Below are positions 54,624-64,000 of a stretch of DNA of 64,000 nucleotides, piece after piece. A program made the position numbers and the translations under genes. Each line of letters begins with the position of its first letter. The first letter of the stretch is position 1. The stretch lies in the NCBI GenBank assembly GCA_944392515.1, contig CALXWV010000001.1, positions 8,718-72,717 on the forward strand. The letters are read 5' to 3'. The notes under the pieces were generated by a model, which worked only from the letters and a program-made list of their open reading frames with translations, was not told the DNA's origin and ran no database searches. The stretch is from an uncultured Clostridia bacterium. Its GTDB lineage: Bacteria > Bacillota > Clostridia > TANB77 > CAG-508.

Positions 54624-55697
54624 TTATTTTGCCTCTAATTCTGCTATATATTCCTTAATTTCTTGCATTTTTTCCTTGTTTGTTTGAGATTCATATACTT
54701 CGGCCAATTGGTCAACAGCTTTATTCTTTACAAATTGTTCTGCTTGTTTTACAGTAAATTTAAATAGTTTTTCATCACTACTTCCATGTGCTTTTACAAC
54801 TGGTTTTTGAACTCCTAAAAATAGTGCTCCACCATATTCTTTATAATCCATTTCTTTTGAAAATCTTTTTATTGCAGGAAGACTTGGTATACTTCCTAAT
54901 TTAGTTAATATATTATGCATAAAGCTTTCTTTTAATGACGTTTTTACTAATTTTCCTAATCCTTCTGTTGTTTTTAAGAATACATTTCCAGTAAATCCAT
55001 CTGCTATTATAACATCTACTGTTCCTAAAAAGGCTTCTCTACCTTCCATATTACCTATAAAATTAATATTTAAATCTTTAGCATATTTTGTTAATAACTT
55101 ATATGAATTTCTTACTAACTCATTTCCTTTTGTTTCTTCTGTTCCTATGTTAAGAAGACCTATTCTTGGAGATTCAATACATAAAGTATTATGCATATAT
55201 ATACTTGACATTTGTGCAAATTGAAGTAAGTTTAGTGGCTTACAATTTGTATTTGCACCACAATCCATAAGTACTAATCTTCCATGATATGCAGGAAGTA
55301 TTCCAGCTAGAGCTGGTCTATCTACTCCTTTAATTCTTCCAACGAGTAAAGTTGCCCCTGTTAAAAGGGCACCTGAATTACCAGCAGATATAAATACATC
55401 TCCTTTACCTTCTTTAAGTAAATTAAATCCCACAACCATTGACGAGTCTTTTTTTGTTTTTATTGCATGTGTTGGTACATCTTCCATTTCTATTGTTTCT
55501 GTTGCATTATATATAGATAATCTTGGAGATATTTCTTTTATATCTTTTCCATAGAATTCTTTTATTTTACTTTTAATTACATCTTCTTTTCCAATAAGTA
55601 CAACTTCTGCTTCGACCTCATTTATTGCTGCTACAGCACCCTTTATATTGGCATCTGGAGCATTGTCTCCACCCATTGCGTCTAATAGTATTTTCAT
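54624..55697 (-). CDS. plsX: phosphate acyltransferase PlsX
   Basis: MKILLDAMGGDNAP, GNSGA, ADGFTGN motifs; a short K/E-rich C-terminal tail. Confidence 0.94.
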   Translation of the reverse strand: MKILLDAMGGDNAPDANIKGAVAAINEVEAEVVLIGKEDVIKSKIKEFYGKDIKEISPRLSIYNATETIEMEDVPTHAIKTKKDSSMVVGFNLLKEGKGDVFISAGNSGALLTGATLLVGRIKGVDRPALAGILPAYHGRLVLMDCGANTNCKPLNLLQFAQMSSIYMHNTLCIESPRIGLLNIGTEETKGNELVRNSYKLLTKYAKDLNINFIGNMEGREAFLGTVDVIIADGFTGNVFLKTTEGLGKLVKTSLKESFMHNILTKLGSIPSLPAIKRFSKEMDYKEYGGALFLGVQKPVVKAHGSSDEKLFKFTVKQAEQFVKNKAVDQLAEVYESQTNKEKMQEIKEYIAELEAK

Positions 55698-55812
55698 GTC
55701 TTTCCCCCTACACTTGATATGTATATATTTATTATATTTTTATGCAATAATAATATAACTTATATTGTTTAAAGTCAAGAATATTCGGTCAGTTTTTTAT
55801 TAGCTTAAGCAG

Positions 55813-55841
55813 AAAAAAAGACGAATCTTAAATGATTCGCC
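55813..55841 (-). terminator. Rho-independent terminator after rplL
   Basis: GGCGAAUC-AUUUAA-GAUUCGUC (one G-U pair) followed by U7, 14 nt past the rplL stop. Confidence 0.8.
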
Positions 55842-55854
55842 TTTTATATTTAAA

Positions 55855-56220
55855 TTATTGTAATTCAACTGTTGCACCAGCTTCAGCAAATTTAGCTTTC
55901 ATTTCTTCAGCGTCTGCTTTAGCTACGTTTTCTTTAACTGTTTTTGGAGCTCCATCAACTAAGTCTTTAGCTTCTTTTAATCCTAATCCTGTAACGTCTC
56001 TAACAACTTTGATTACTTGGATTTTGTTTGCTCCTACTTCTTTTAATACAACATTGAAGTTGCTCTTTTCTTCAGCTGCTCCAGCTGCAGCTCCTGCTGC
56101 AGGTGCTGCAACTGCTTGTGCAGATACTCCATATTTTTCTTCAATTTTCTTTACTAAGTCAGCTAATTCAACTACTGTTAAGCTGTCAATAGATTCTAAT
56201 AATTCATCAACTTTTGCCAT
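55855..56220 (-). CDS. rplL: 50S ribosomal protein L7/L12
   Basis: 121 aa; an Ala-rich hinge ([14 protein letters not shown]) and the C-terminal [24 protein letters not shown]. Confidence 0.96.
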   Translation of the reverse strand: MAKVDELLESIDSLTVVELADLVKKIEEKYGVSAQAVAAPAAGAAAGAAEEKSNFNVVLKEVGANKIQVIKVVRDVTGLGLKEAKDLVDGAPKTVKENVAKADAEEMKAKFAEAGATVELQ

Positions 56221-56268
56221 TTTAATTTCCTCCTTATTTTATATTTTGTGAATTGGCTATTCACTTAT

Positions 56269-56769
56269 TTATACTGTTTCCTTCTTGCTCTTAACTTGGT
56301 CAAGTGCAATAGCAAGTTTTGAAATAGTTCCAAGTAAACTTCCAGCAAGTTTTGCAAGAAGTTCTTCTCTTGATGGAAGTTGTGCAAGTGTAATTAATTC
56401 TTCTACACTCTTTACTTCTCCGTCTATTATACCACCTTTAATTTTATAATTTTCATTTGATTTTGAAAATTTATATATAGCTTTTAAAGGTTGTAGGTAA
56501 TCTTCTTTTGAAGATACTATAGCTGTTGGTCCTTCTAATACATCATCTAATCCTGATTCATTGTTAGCATCTAGAGCTCTTTTGATTATGTTGTTTTTCA
56601 TAACCTTGATTTCTCCATTTACTTCTCTTATGTCTTTTCTTAGTTTTGTATCAGCTTCAACAGTTGTTCCTCTGTAATCTACTAAAAGAATTAATTTAGC
56701 ACCTTTGATATGTTCAGCTAATTCTTTTACTTTTGTTTCTTTCATTGCTATAACATTTTTGTTTGCCAT
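56269..56769 (-). CDS. rplJ: 50S ribosomal protein L10
   Basis: VDYRG.TV.....LR...RE......V.KN pattern. Start moved to MANKNV, which follows AGGAGGTGA; the track start is the GTG inside the RBS. Confidence 0.93.
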   Translation of the reverse strand: MANKNVIAMKETKVKELAEHIKGAKLILLVDYRGTTVEADTKLRKDIREVNGEIKVMKNNIIKRALDANNESGLDDVLEGPTAIVSSKEDYLQPLKAIYKFSKSNENYKIKGGIIDGEVKSVEELITLAQLPSREELLAKLAGSLLGTISKLAIALDQVKSKKETV

Positions 56770-56781
56770 TTTAGTTTTCAC

Positions 56782-56896
56782 CTCCTAAAAAAATTCAACC
56801 TCATAGCCATTTCGAGACTAATAGGTTGAATTTACATTCTCCTTATCAGCCTCGGTAGGACTTGTTTTTATGCCTACTGTCTATGGCTATTATAAA
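56782..56896 (-). promoter_or_regulatory. structured rplJ leader (probable L10-L12 autoregulatory leader)
   Basis: GC-enriched 115-nt gap with mutually exclusive pairings: ATTCAACCT/AGGTTGAAT (9 bp) versus ATAGCCAT/ATGGCTAT (8 bp), plus GTAGG/CCTAC. Its position matches known Firmicute L10 leaders. No covariance model was run. Confidence 0.5.
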
Positions 56897-57580
56897 TTAT
56901 TTTTGGTCTATATACAAACCAGGTCCCATTGTTGATGCAATAGATACACTCTTAATGTATTGTCCTTTAGCTGCAGCTGGTTTAGCTTTTATAATTGCAG
57001 CCATTATTACATCATAGTTTTCTACTAATTTGTCTGCACCAAATGAAACTTTACCAAAGCCTAAATGTATAATATTGTTTTTATCTAATCTGTATTCTAC
57101 TTTACCAGATTTGATTTCATTTATAGCTTTTGTAACATCCATTGTTACTGTTCCTGATTTTGGGTTTGGCATTAAACCTTTAGGTCCTAATACTTTACCA
57201 AGACGTCCTACAACGCCCATCATGTCTGGTGTTGCAACTACTACATCATAGTCAAACCAGTTTTCTTTTTGAATTTTTGGTATTAGTTCTTCTCCTCCTA
57301 CAAAGTCAGCTCCTGCTGCTTTTGCTTCTTCAGCTTTAGGTCCTTTAGCAAATACTAATACCTTTTGTGTTTTACCTGTTCCATTTGGAAGAACTACTGT
57401 TCCTCTAACTTGTTGGTCTGCGTGTTTTGAATCAACACCCAATTTAACATGTAATTCAACAGTTTGGTCAAATTTTGTTTTAGGCATTTTTTCAATTATT
57501 TCAATTGCTTCTTTTGCAGAATACAATTTTTTAGAATCAACAAGTTTTGCACTTTCTTGATATCTTTTTCCTCTCTTCAT
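56897..57580 (-). CDS. rplA: 50S ribosomal protein L1
   Basis: 227 aa; MKRGKRY......D..K.Y...EA; GTV.LP.G.GK; ATPDMM..VG.LG..LGP.GLMP. Confidence 0.96.
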   Translation of the reverse strand: MKRGKRYQESAKLVDSKKLYSAKEAIEIIEKMPKTKFDQTVELHVKLGVDSKHADQQVRGTVVLPNGTGKTQKVLVFAKGPKAEEAKAAGADFVGGEELIPKIQKENWFDYDVVVATPDMMGVVGRLGKVLGPKGLMPNPKSGTVTMDVTKAINEIKSGKVEYRLDKNNIIHLGFGKVSFGADKLVENYDVIMAAIIKAKPAAAKGQYIKSVSIASTMGPGLYIDQK

Positions 57581-57629
57581 TTTTACCTCCTTTGGTTGTA
57601 GCGAGTAAATTTACTCTCCCAATTAATTA

Positions 57630-58070
57630 TTATTCTTCAACTGTTACGCCCATTGAACGAGCTGTACCTTTTACCATGCTCATAGCAGCTTCTAATGAAG
57701 CAGCATTTAAGTCTGGCATTTTTGTTTTAGCAATTTCTTCAACTTGTGCTTTTGAAAGTTTTGCTACTTTTTCTCTATTTGGTTTTCCAGAACCTTTTTC
57801 AATTTTAGCTGCTTTTTTAATTAATACAGCCATTGGTGGTTCCTTTGTTATGAAGTCAAAAGATTTATCTTTATGAACTGTAATAACAACTGGAATGATT
57901 AAACCTGCTTGTTTTGCTGTTCTATCATTGAATTGTTTTACGAAATCCATAATATTAACACCACTACCACCTAATGCTGGTCCAACTGGTGGAGCTGGTG
58001 TAGCTTTTCCTGCTGGAATTTGCAATTTGATAATGACTTCCTTTGCTTCTTCTTTCTTTTCCTTTGCCAT
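57630..58070 (-). CDS. rplK: 50S ribosomal protein L11
   Basis: [21 protein letters not shown]; PDLNA; slightly extended K/E-rich N-terminus. Confidence 0.95.
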   Translation of the reverse strand: MAKEKKEEAKEVIIKLQIPAGKATPAPPVGPALGGSGVNIMDFVKQFNDRTAKQAGLIIPVVITVHKDKSFDFITKEPPMAVLIKKAAKIEKGSGKPNREKVAKLSKAQVEEIAKTKMPDLNAASLEAAMSMVKGTARSMGVTVEE

Positions 58071-58110
58071 TTTTTTGCACCTCCTTTGGTTTGTATATCA
58101 AAAATAATTT

Positions 58111-58137
58111 ATAAAAAGAATTAGCCCTAGCTAATTC
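58111..58137 (-). terminator. stem-loop terminator/attenuator between nusG and rplK
   Basis: GAATTAGC-TAGG-GCTAATTC followed by TTTTTAT on the minus strand. Confidence 0.6.
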
Positions 58138-58152
58138 GTTTTAACTAGTTAA

Positions 58153-58689
58153 CTATTTAACCTTTTCTACTTCTGAGAAATCTAATTCAATAGGTGTTTC
58201 TCTTCCAAACATAGATACTAGAACTTTAACTTTACTTTTATCTTTGTTAATTTCAGTAACAGTACCTATAAAGTCTGTGAAAGGTCCATTTATTACTCTT
58301 ACTTGGTCATTAACATCATAATCAACATTAATAGATTGTACGTCAAATCCCATTTTTCTTATTTCACTATCTGTAAGTGGAATAGGATCAGTTCCTGAAC
58401 CTACAAATCCAGTAACACCTCTAGTATTTCTTACAATGTACCAAGTTTCTTCAGTTACAATCATCTTTATTAGGACATATCCTGGAAATACTTTTTTTAG
58501 ATTTGTTTTTCTCTGTCCTTCTTTTATTTCTATCTGTTCTTCCATTGGAACAACTATATCAAAGAAATAATCTTGTAACTCTCTATTTTTTATTGTTTTT
58601 TCAAGGTCTGTTTTTACCTTGTTCTCATAACCAGAATATGTATGTACTACATACCACCTTGGCTTTTCGTCATAATCTTTTTGAGACAT
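58153..58689 (-). CDS. nusG: transcription termination/antitermination factor NusG
   Basis: RWYVVHTYSGYENKVK NGN domain and a KOW motif (V.V..GPF.DF.G.V.EI). Confidence 0.95.
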   Translation of the reverse strand: MSQKDYDEKPRWYVVHTYSGYENKVKTDLEKTIKNRELQDYFFDIVVPMEEQIEIKEGQRKTNLKKVFPGYVLIKMIVTEETWYIVRNTRGVTGFVGSGTDPIPLTDSEIRKMGFDVQSINVDYDVNDQVRVINGPFTDFIGTVTEINKDKSKVKVLVSMFGRETPIELDFSEVEKVK

Positions 58690-58712
58690 ATTTTAGCCTC
58701 CTCATAATAATA

Positions 58713-59297
58713 TTATTCTGAAACAGTATTTTCTGCCGCACTATTTGTATCTACTGTATTATTATCACTAGTTACATTTTCTGTAGTTTCATTAGTTGTG
58801 TTTGTATCAGTAGTGTTATCTACTGTTTCATTTACACTTATACTATTTTGTAGCTTCTTAACTTGCTCAACTTCAAATTTGTTCATATAATCAAATGCTA
58901 AATCTAATATGAAAATAAATACAGAAACTATAATAACCATAACAATAACTACAGCTGTATTTGAGAATAATTCTTTTCCTTTAGGCCATACAACTTTTTT
59001 TAGTTCTGCCTTAAAGTCTTTAAACCAACTTTTTTTAGCTGATTTGTCTTTTTTAGATTGCTTATCCTTTTTAGCTTTTTTATTGTCTTTGTTATTTTTC
59101 TTAGATTTTTTATCATTTTTGCTACTTTTTGTATCATCTACAGTTTGTTTTGTAGATTCTACACTTGCCTCAGCTGTTTTAACTTCTTCTTTCTCTACAG
59201 CTTTTTCTATTTCATTTTGTTTTAATTCTTCAGAAGCATTTGTTACTTTTTTTGTAGTTTTACTTTTGTTTTGCTTCTTTTTATTATTTTTAGGCAT
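58713..59297 (-). CDS. secE: preprotein translocase subunit SecE with long Lys-rich N-terminal and Thr/Asn-rich C-terminal extensions
   Basis: Core FKDFKAELKKVVWPKGKELFSNTAVVIVMVIIVSVFIFILD at residues ~92-132 of 194. Position rpmG-secE-nusG. Confidence 0.85.
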   Translation of the reverse strand: MPKNNKKKQNKSKTTKKVTNASEELKQNEIEKAVEKEEVKTAEASVESTKQTVDDTKSSKNDKKSKKNNKDNKKAKKDKQSKKDKSAKKSWFKDFKAELKKVVWPKGKELFSNTAVVIVMVIIVSVFIFILDLAFDYMNKFEVEQVKKLQNSISVNETVDNTTDTNTTNETTENVTSDNNTVDTNSAAENTVSE

Positions 59298-59324
59298 TTT
59301 TATTCCCCCTTAAAAAGGCTTTAC

Positions 59325-59489
59325 TTATTTTGTTTCTTTATGTGTTGTGTGTTTTTTGCAGAATTTACAATGTTTCTTTATTTCTAATCTTTCTGCATTA
59401 TTCTTTTTGTTTTTATCTGTAACATATGTTCTATTGTGGCACTCTGTGCACTCTAGTGTGATATGTTCTCTTGCTCCTTTTGCAGCCAT
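59325..59489 (-). CDS. rpmG: 50S ribosomal protein L33 (not in ORF track; 54 aa)
   Basis: Own translation: [64 protein letters not shown]; CxxC..CxxC zinc-type L33. Confidence 0.9.
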   Translation of the reverse strand: MAAKGAREHITLECTECHNRTYVTDKNKKNNAERLEIKKHCKFCKKHTTHKETK

Positions 59490-59538
59490 TTTATACACCT
59501 CCAGCTATAAGTTAATTGTTTATTTATTTTAACTTTTA

Positions 59539-59570
59539 CTAGCGTATGTACTTTTACCTACATACGCTAG
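59539..59570. terminator. perfect 12-bp stem-loop between the P-type ATPase gene and rpmG
   Basis: CTAGCGTATGTA - 8 nt - TACATACGCTAG. Only a weak T-tract on either strand, so function is uncertain. Confidence 0.4.
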
Positions 59571-59639
59571 ATTATTTTATCATATTATTTAAGTAATGTC
59601 AACCTTTTTGAGAAATTTGTGTGTTATGTAAATTATATT

Positions 59640-61485
59640 TTAATTCTTAAATATTCTAATAGAATTCATTACTGTAAGCAATGTTATTCCTGTATCTGCT
59701 GCAACAGCAAGCCATACTGGTGCTATTCCAACCACTCCTAGTATTAATACTCCTAGTTTTGCAAGAAGTGATATTATAATATTTTCATTAACTATTCTTA
59801 ATGTTTTTCTTGCTACTTTTATTATTTGAGGTAAACTTGAAACATTATTAGATATTAATATGCTATCTGCTGTTGTTTCTGCTATATCTGTTCCTTCTCC
59901 CATTGCTATGCCAAAGTCTGATGTAGCTAAGACTGGGCTATCATTTATGCCATCTCCTATAAATATTACTTTTCCTTCTTGTTTTAGTTTATTTATTTCT
60001 TCTACTTTTCCTTCTGGCATAAGCTTTGCTTTATAATCTATTTTTCCACATTCTTTTGCAATCTTTTTAGCTTCATCGTTGCTATCTCCTGTTAGCATTA
60101 CAATTTTTTTAATTCCTATATCGTATAATTTAGATAATGTTTCTTTAAAACCTTCTCTTATATTTTCTTCTAAAGTGATATATGCAACTATTTTTCTATC
60201 TACTGCAACTAAAATTGCGTTTTCTGGTACTATTTCTTCTAACGCTATATCATATTTTTCTAACATTTTTTTATTTCCAATAATAACATCTTTTCCTTCT
60301 ATTTTTCCATATATTCCACAGCCTACAATTTCTTTTTGTTTTTCTACCTCTAAAAGTTTTATATTGTTTTGCTTTGCAAACTCTATTATTGCACTAGAAA
60401 TTGGATGGTTTGAATTTACTTCTAAACTATATGCATATTGGAGCATTTTTTGTTTGTCTATTTCGTTACTTTTATTTTGTAACAAATCAAATTCTTGAAC
60501 TTTCATTTTTCCTGTAGTAATTGTTCCTGTTTTATCTAGTGCTAAAACTTTTGCATTTGCTAAATCTTCAATATGTTTTGTTCCTTTTATGAGTAAACCT
60601 TTTTTAGATATTGCTCCAATGCAAGAAAAATATGCAAGCGGTATTGATATTACTATACTACAAGGACAAGAGGCCACTAAAAATACTAATGCTCTTTTTA
60701 ACCATACTACAAAGTCTAGTCCTAATGTCGCTGGCAATATTACAAGTAAAATAGCTATTGCTATTACAACTGGTGTATATATTTTTGAAAATTTTGTTAT
60801 ATATTCTTCTTTCCTTCCTTTATTATTGGTTGCCTCATATACCAGATCAACTATCTTCGATATTGCAGACTCTTTATATTCTTTAGTAACCTTGCAAATT
60901 AATGTTCCTGTTTGATTAATTGAACCTGATAAAATTTCATTATTTTTACTCACATATACAAGTTTGCTCTCTCCTGTTAGTTTTGACGTATCTAATGCTG
61001 ACTCTCCTTTTAAAATTGTGCAATCAACTGGTACAGTTTCACCTGGTTTTATTAAAATACTATCACCTATTTTTAATTCTTCTACATTAATAACTTTTGT
61101 CTCTTTTTCTATTATTTTATTTGCTGTTTGCACTTTTAAAGAAGCTATACTATTTATGTTTTTATTTGCTTTTTCTACTGCTTTATCTTCTACAAGTTCG
61201 CCTAATTTAAATAGTAACACTATTGCTACACTTTCAGGGTATTCCCCTATAATAAATGCGGCAATTATTGCTATTGTCATTAATGTATCTTCTTCAAAAT
61301 TAAGATGAAATGTATTTTTAATTCCTTGTATTATTAAGTCATATCCAGATAATATTACTGCTAGTAAATAAATGATTAATCTGTATTTTTCTAAAACTGG
61401 TATAAATCCGTATTACGAATAATATTAAGCTTATACCATAAATTATTGTTTTAAATCTGCCTTTTTCTTTCTCATGTCCTTCCAT
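59640..61485 (-). pseudogene. cadA: heavy-metal (Cd/Zn/Co-type) P1B-ATPase, frame broken by one nucleotide near codon 25
   Basis: CPC, DKTGTIT and GDGINDSP motifs in the 546-aa ORF. The upstream frame (ATG 61485, GGAGG RBS) gives MEGHEKEKGRFKTIIYGISLILFVI... The continuation YGFIPVLEKYRLIIYLLAVILSGYDL.. is in the main frame after a TAA at 61413-61415. No N-terminal metal-binding domain. Confidence 0.8.
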
Positions 61486-61534
61486 TTAACATTTTCCTCC
61501 ATATTATGAATGTTTTAAAAATTTTATGATACTA

Positions 61535-61906
61535 TTATTTTTCTATTTTTAGTTTTTCCTTTATATGTGCAATTGCCATACGAAGTATTGCATCAATATG
61601 TTCATCTTCTAAGGTATAATAAACTTGTTTTCCTTCTTTTCTGTATTTAACTAATTTTGATGTCCTTAAAATTTGTAATTGATGTGATACAGTTGATTGG
61701 TTTAAGTTTAATAATTCGCATAAATCACATACGCATAATTCTTCATTTAGTAAACTGCAAATTATTCTTAATCTAGTTTCATCACTAAATACCTTAAACA
61801 TTTCTGCTAAATTTCTATTCATCTCTGCAGTAATTTCTTTTTTCTTTGCCTCATATAGTTCATTTTGATGTAATTCTTTATCCTCACATATATAGTCTTC
61901 TTCCAT
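61535..61906 (-). CDS. cadC: ArsR/SmtB-family metalloregulator (CadC-like)
   Basis: 123 aa; the ELCVCDL metal-site motif and the HTH NLNQSTVSHQLQILR. Confidence 0.88.
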   Translation of the reverse strand: MEEDYICEDKELHQNELYEAKKKEITAEMNRNLAEMFKVFSDETRLRIICSLLNEELCVCDLCELLNLNQSTVSHQLQILRTSKLVKYRKEGKQVYYTLEDEHIDAILRMAIAHIKEKLKIEK

Positions 61907-61946
61907 ATTTATCCCCTTTCATATTATTGTATGCGCATTTATTCAT

Positions 61947-61975
61947 ATATTATACTTATTTTTTTATATTGTCAA
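61947..61975 (-). promoter_or_regulatory. candidate sigma-A promoter for cadC-ATPase operon
   Basis: Minus strand TTGACA - 17 nt - TAATAT. An ATGCGCAT palindrome lies between the -10 element and the RBS. Confidence 0.45.
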
Positions 61976-62138
61976 GAAATTATAATAAATTTTTATTACA
62001 AATTATAAATGTATTAATAAATATTTTTTTATAATAAAAAGAGTATCTGTTTGAAGTAAATCTTATTTATTAGGATTTTAATCCAATAAATTTTACCTCA
62101 TATATGATACTCTTTCAAAAATTATATTTTTTTCAATC

Positions 62139-63017
62139 TTATTTTAATTGTTTTGCTACTTCTTCTGCAAAGTTTTCTTCTTTCTTTTCAATTCCTTCGC
62201 CTTTTTCAAATCTAACGAATTTATTGATTGTAGCTTTCTTTGAAGATACTAAATCTTTTACTTTTTGGCTTGGGTCTTTAACAAATTCTTGGTCTAATAA
62301 ACAAATTTCTCCATAGAATTTTCCAAGTCTTCCAGCAACTATCTTTTCAGCAACTGCTTCTGGTCTACCTTCATTTATAACTTGAGCTTTTAAGATTTCT
62401 TTTTCTTTATTAACTCTTTCTTCTGGTACATCAGTTTCTGATAAGAACTCAGGTTTTGCTGCTGCAATATGCATACAAATATCTTTTGCTAATTGTTCGT
62501 CTGCATTTTCTATATCTAATAAAACACCAATTTTTCCATCACCATGAATATAGCTTGCTACAGTTCCATTTGTTTCGAATCTTGCAAATCTTCTTATTGT
62601 CATATTTTCTCCAATTGTTGCTATTTTATTTGTTAATTCTTCTTGAACTGTTAGTGATTCATCATTGATGAATTTTTGTGCTAATAGTTCTTCAACATTT
62701 GCTGGATTATTTAATGCTACTTGTTTTACAACGTCTTTTACAAAAGCTTGGAAGTCTGCATTTTTGGCAACGAAGTCTGTTTCTGCATTAACTTCTACAA
62801 TTGCTCCTACTTTTTTATCTTCAGAAATATATGTTTCAACTAAACCTTCTGCTGCAATTCTGTCAGATTTTTTAGCTGCCTTCATAATTCCTCTTTCACG
62901 TAGTAATTCAATTGCTTTTTCTTCGTCTCCATTTGTTTCTGTTAAAACTTTTTTGCAGTCCATCATGCCTGCACCTGTTTTTTCTCTTAACTCTTTAACT
63001 TGAGCTGCAGTAATCAT
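62139..63017 (-). CDS. tsf: elongation factor Ts
   Basis: [24 protein letters not shown]-type UBA start. Start moved to MITAAQ, which follows GGGAGGA. Confidence 0.95.
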   Translation of the reverse strand: [292 protein letters not shown]

Positions 63018-63109
63018 AATAAATTCCTCCCTTTTAATAAGTTTATATGTTCTTTTATAAACACATTTATACATTAAATAGGGAAATAAATTTCCCTATT
63101 TTACAAATT

Positions 63110-63886
63110 TTATTCTTCTGAAGTTTCTTCATTTTGAGCAACTTCTTCCATGCTTGGTTCTTCACTTTCTTCTACTGGTTGCTCTTCTTCAGCTTCTAGG
63201 CTTTCACCTTGTTTTCCTTCAATAACTGCATTTGCTAATACGTCTGTTACTAATTTAACAGCACGAATTGCATCATCATTACCTGGGATAACATAATCAA
63301 CATCATTTGGATCACAGTTTGTATCAACTAGTCCAACTAATGGAATATTTAACTTTTTAGCTTCTTGAACAGCTATATGTTCCTTCTTAGGATCTACTAC
63401 AAATATTACATCTGGAACTTGAGTCATTTCTTTGATTCCGCCTAAGTTCTTTTCTAGTTTATCCATTTCTTTCTTTAATAGGATAACTTCTTTTTTAGGT
63501 AGAACTTCAAATGTTCCATCTTCTTGCATTTTTTCTAATTCTGCTAATCTTTCAATTCTCTTTCTGATAGTTTTGAAGTTTGTTAATGTTCCTCCTAACC
63601 ATCTTTCATTTACGTAGAACATTCCGCTTTTTTCAGCTGCTTCTTTAACACAATCTTGTGCTTGTTTCTTTGTTCCTACGAATAAAATTGTTTTTCCTTC
63701 TTCTGCTTGTTCTTTGATGAATGCATATGCTTCATCTAATTTTTTTGATGTTTTTTGTAAATCGATAATATGGATACCATTTCTAGCTTGGAATATATAT
63801 TCAGCCATTCTTGGGTCCCATCTTCTTGTTTGGTGTCCAAAATGTACACCAGCTTCTAGTAATTGTTTCATTGCAACTACTGCCAT
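63110..63886 (-). CDS. rpsB: 30S ribosomal protein S2
   Basis: [29 protein letters not shown]; acidic C-terminal tail. Confidence 0.96.
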   Translation of the reverse strand: MAVVAMKQLLEAGVHFGHQTRRWDPRMAEYIFQARNGIHIIDLQKTSKKLDEAYAFIKEQAEEGKTILFVGTKKQAQDCVKEAAEKSGMFYVNERWLGGTLTNFKTIRKRIERLAELEKMQEDGTFEVLPKKEVILLKKEMDKLEKNLGGIKEMTQVPDVIFVVDPKKEHIAVQEAKKLNIPLVGLVDTNCDPNDVDYVIPGNDDAIRAVKLVTDVLANAVIEGKQGESLEAEEEQPVEESEEPSMEEVAQNEETSEE

Positions 63887-64000
63887 TTTTTATTCCTCCT
63901 TTTAGTTTTATTCCTCCACAAACATCTACATTTAAAATTACCTTGTAGGCACTATTTTAAACTCAATTTGTGTGTGTATTTTTCAACAATGTATATTATA

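Noticed and set aside
55832-56251. 139-aa plus-strand ORF antisense to rplL. Similar long antisense ORFs occur at 8068-8499, 9028-9411, 37995-38390, 60079-60498, 60964-61308, 62665-63003, 57547-57876 and 58909-59313.
   Set aside because: These are mirror-frame artefacts opposite strongly supported genes. They have no RBS and give low-complexity S/F/L/I-rich translations typical of the antisense strand of AT-rich coding sequence.

Overview
Very AT-rich (judged by eye, not computed) chromosomal window from a low-GC Gram-positive, Clostridia-like bacterium. It holds about 60 protein genes, nearly all on the minus strand. Most sit in housekeeping blocks: greA; rpmB; rqcP; addA; folD-priA-def-fmt; dinB; ylxM-ffh-rpsP-KH-rimM-trmD-rplS; rlmH; dut; feoA/feoB; a second Y-family polymerase with a YolD-like partner; plsC-like/GT4/rimO; capA-like; fadD-like; rng; pth; addB; ogg; radical SAM; rnc; acpP; plsX; rpmG-secE-nusG-rplKAJL; cadC plus a P-type ATPase; rpsB-tsf. 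I recognised no rRNA, tRNA, CRISPR array, transposase, integrase or reverse transcriptase. Accessory content: two toxin-antitoxin-like pairs (MNT/HEPN; DUF4258 plus a zinc-ribbon protein), two visibly GC-richer single-gene islands (tandem-S1 protein; beta-CASP metallo-hydrolase), a VWA surface protein with an IPQTG sorting signal, two paralogous membrane-anchored proteins sharing a GGITGTL motif, and a family of long perfect intergenic inverted repeats (core GGGACGGTCC). Anomalies: single-nucleotide (+1 type) frame breaks in trmD and in the cadA-like ATPase; addB and addA lie about 37 kb apart; rplL is followed by plsX rather than rpoBC; rng ends early against a repeat element. I did not find a convincing new multi-gene system. 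The best leads are the trmD frame break at a CGG codon, the toxin-antitoxin cassette bracketed by 73-nt direct repeats between acpP and rnc, the inverted-repeat family, and a (TA)11-containing small ORF with an orphan terminator. All homology calls rest on motif recognition by eye; no searches were run.
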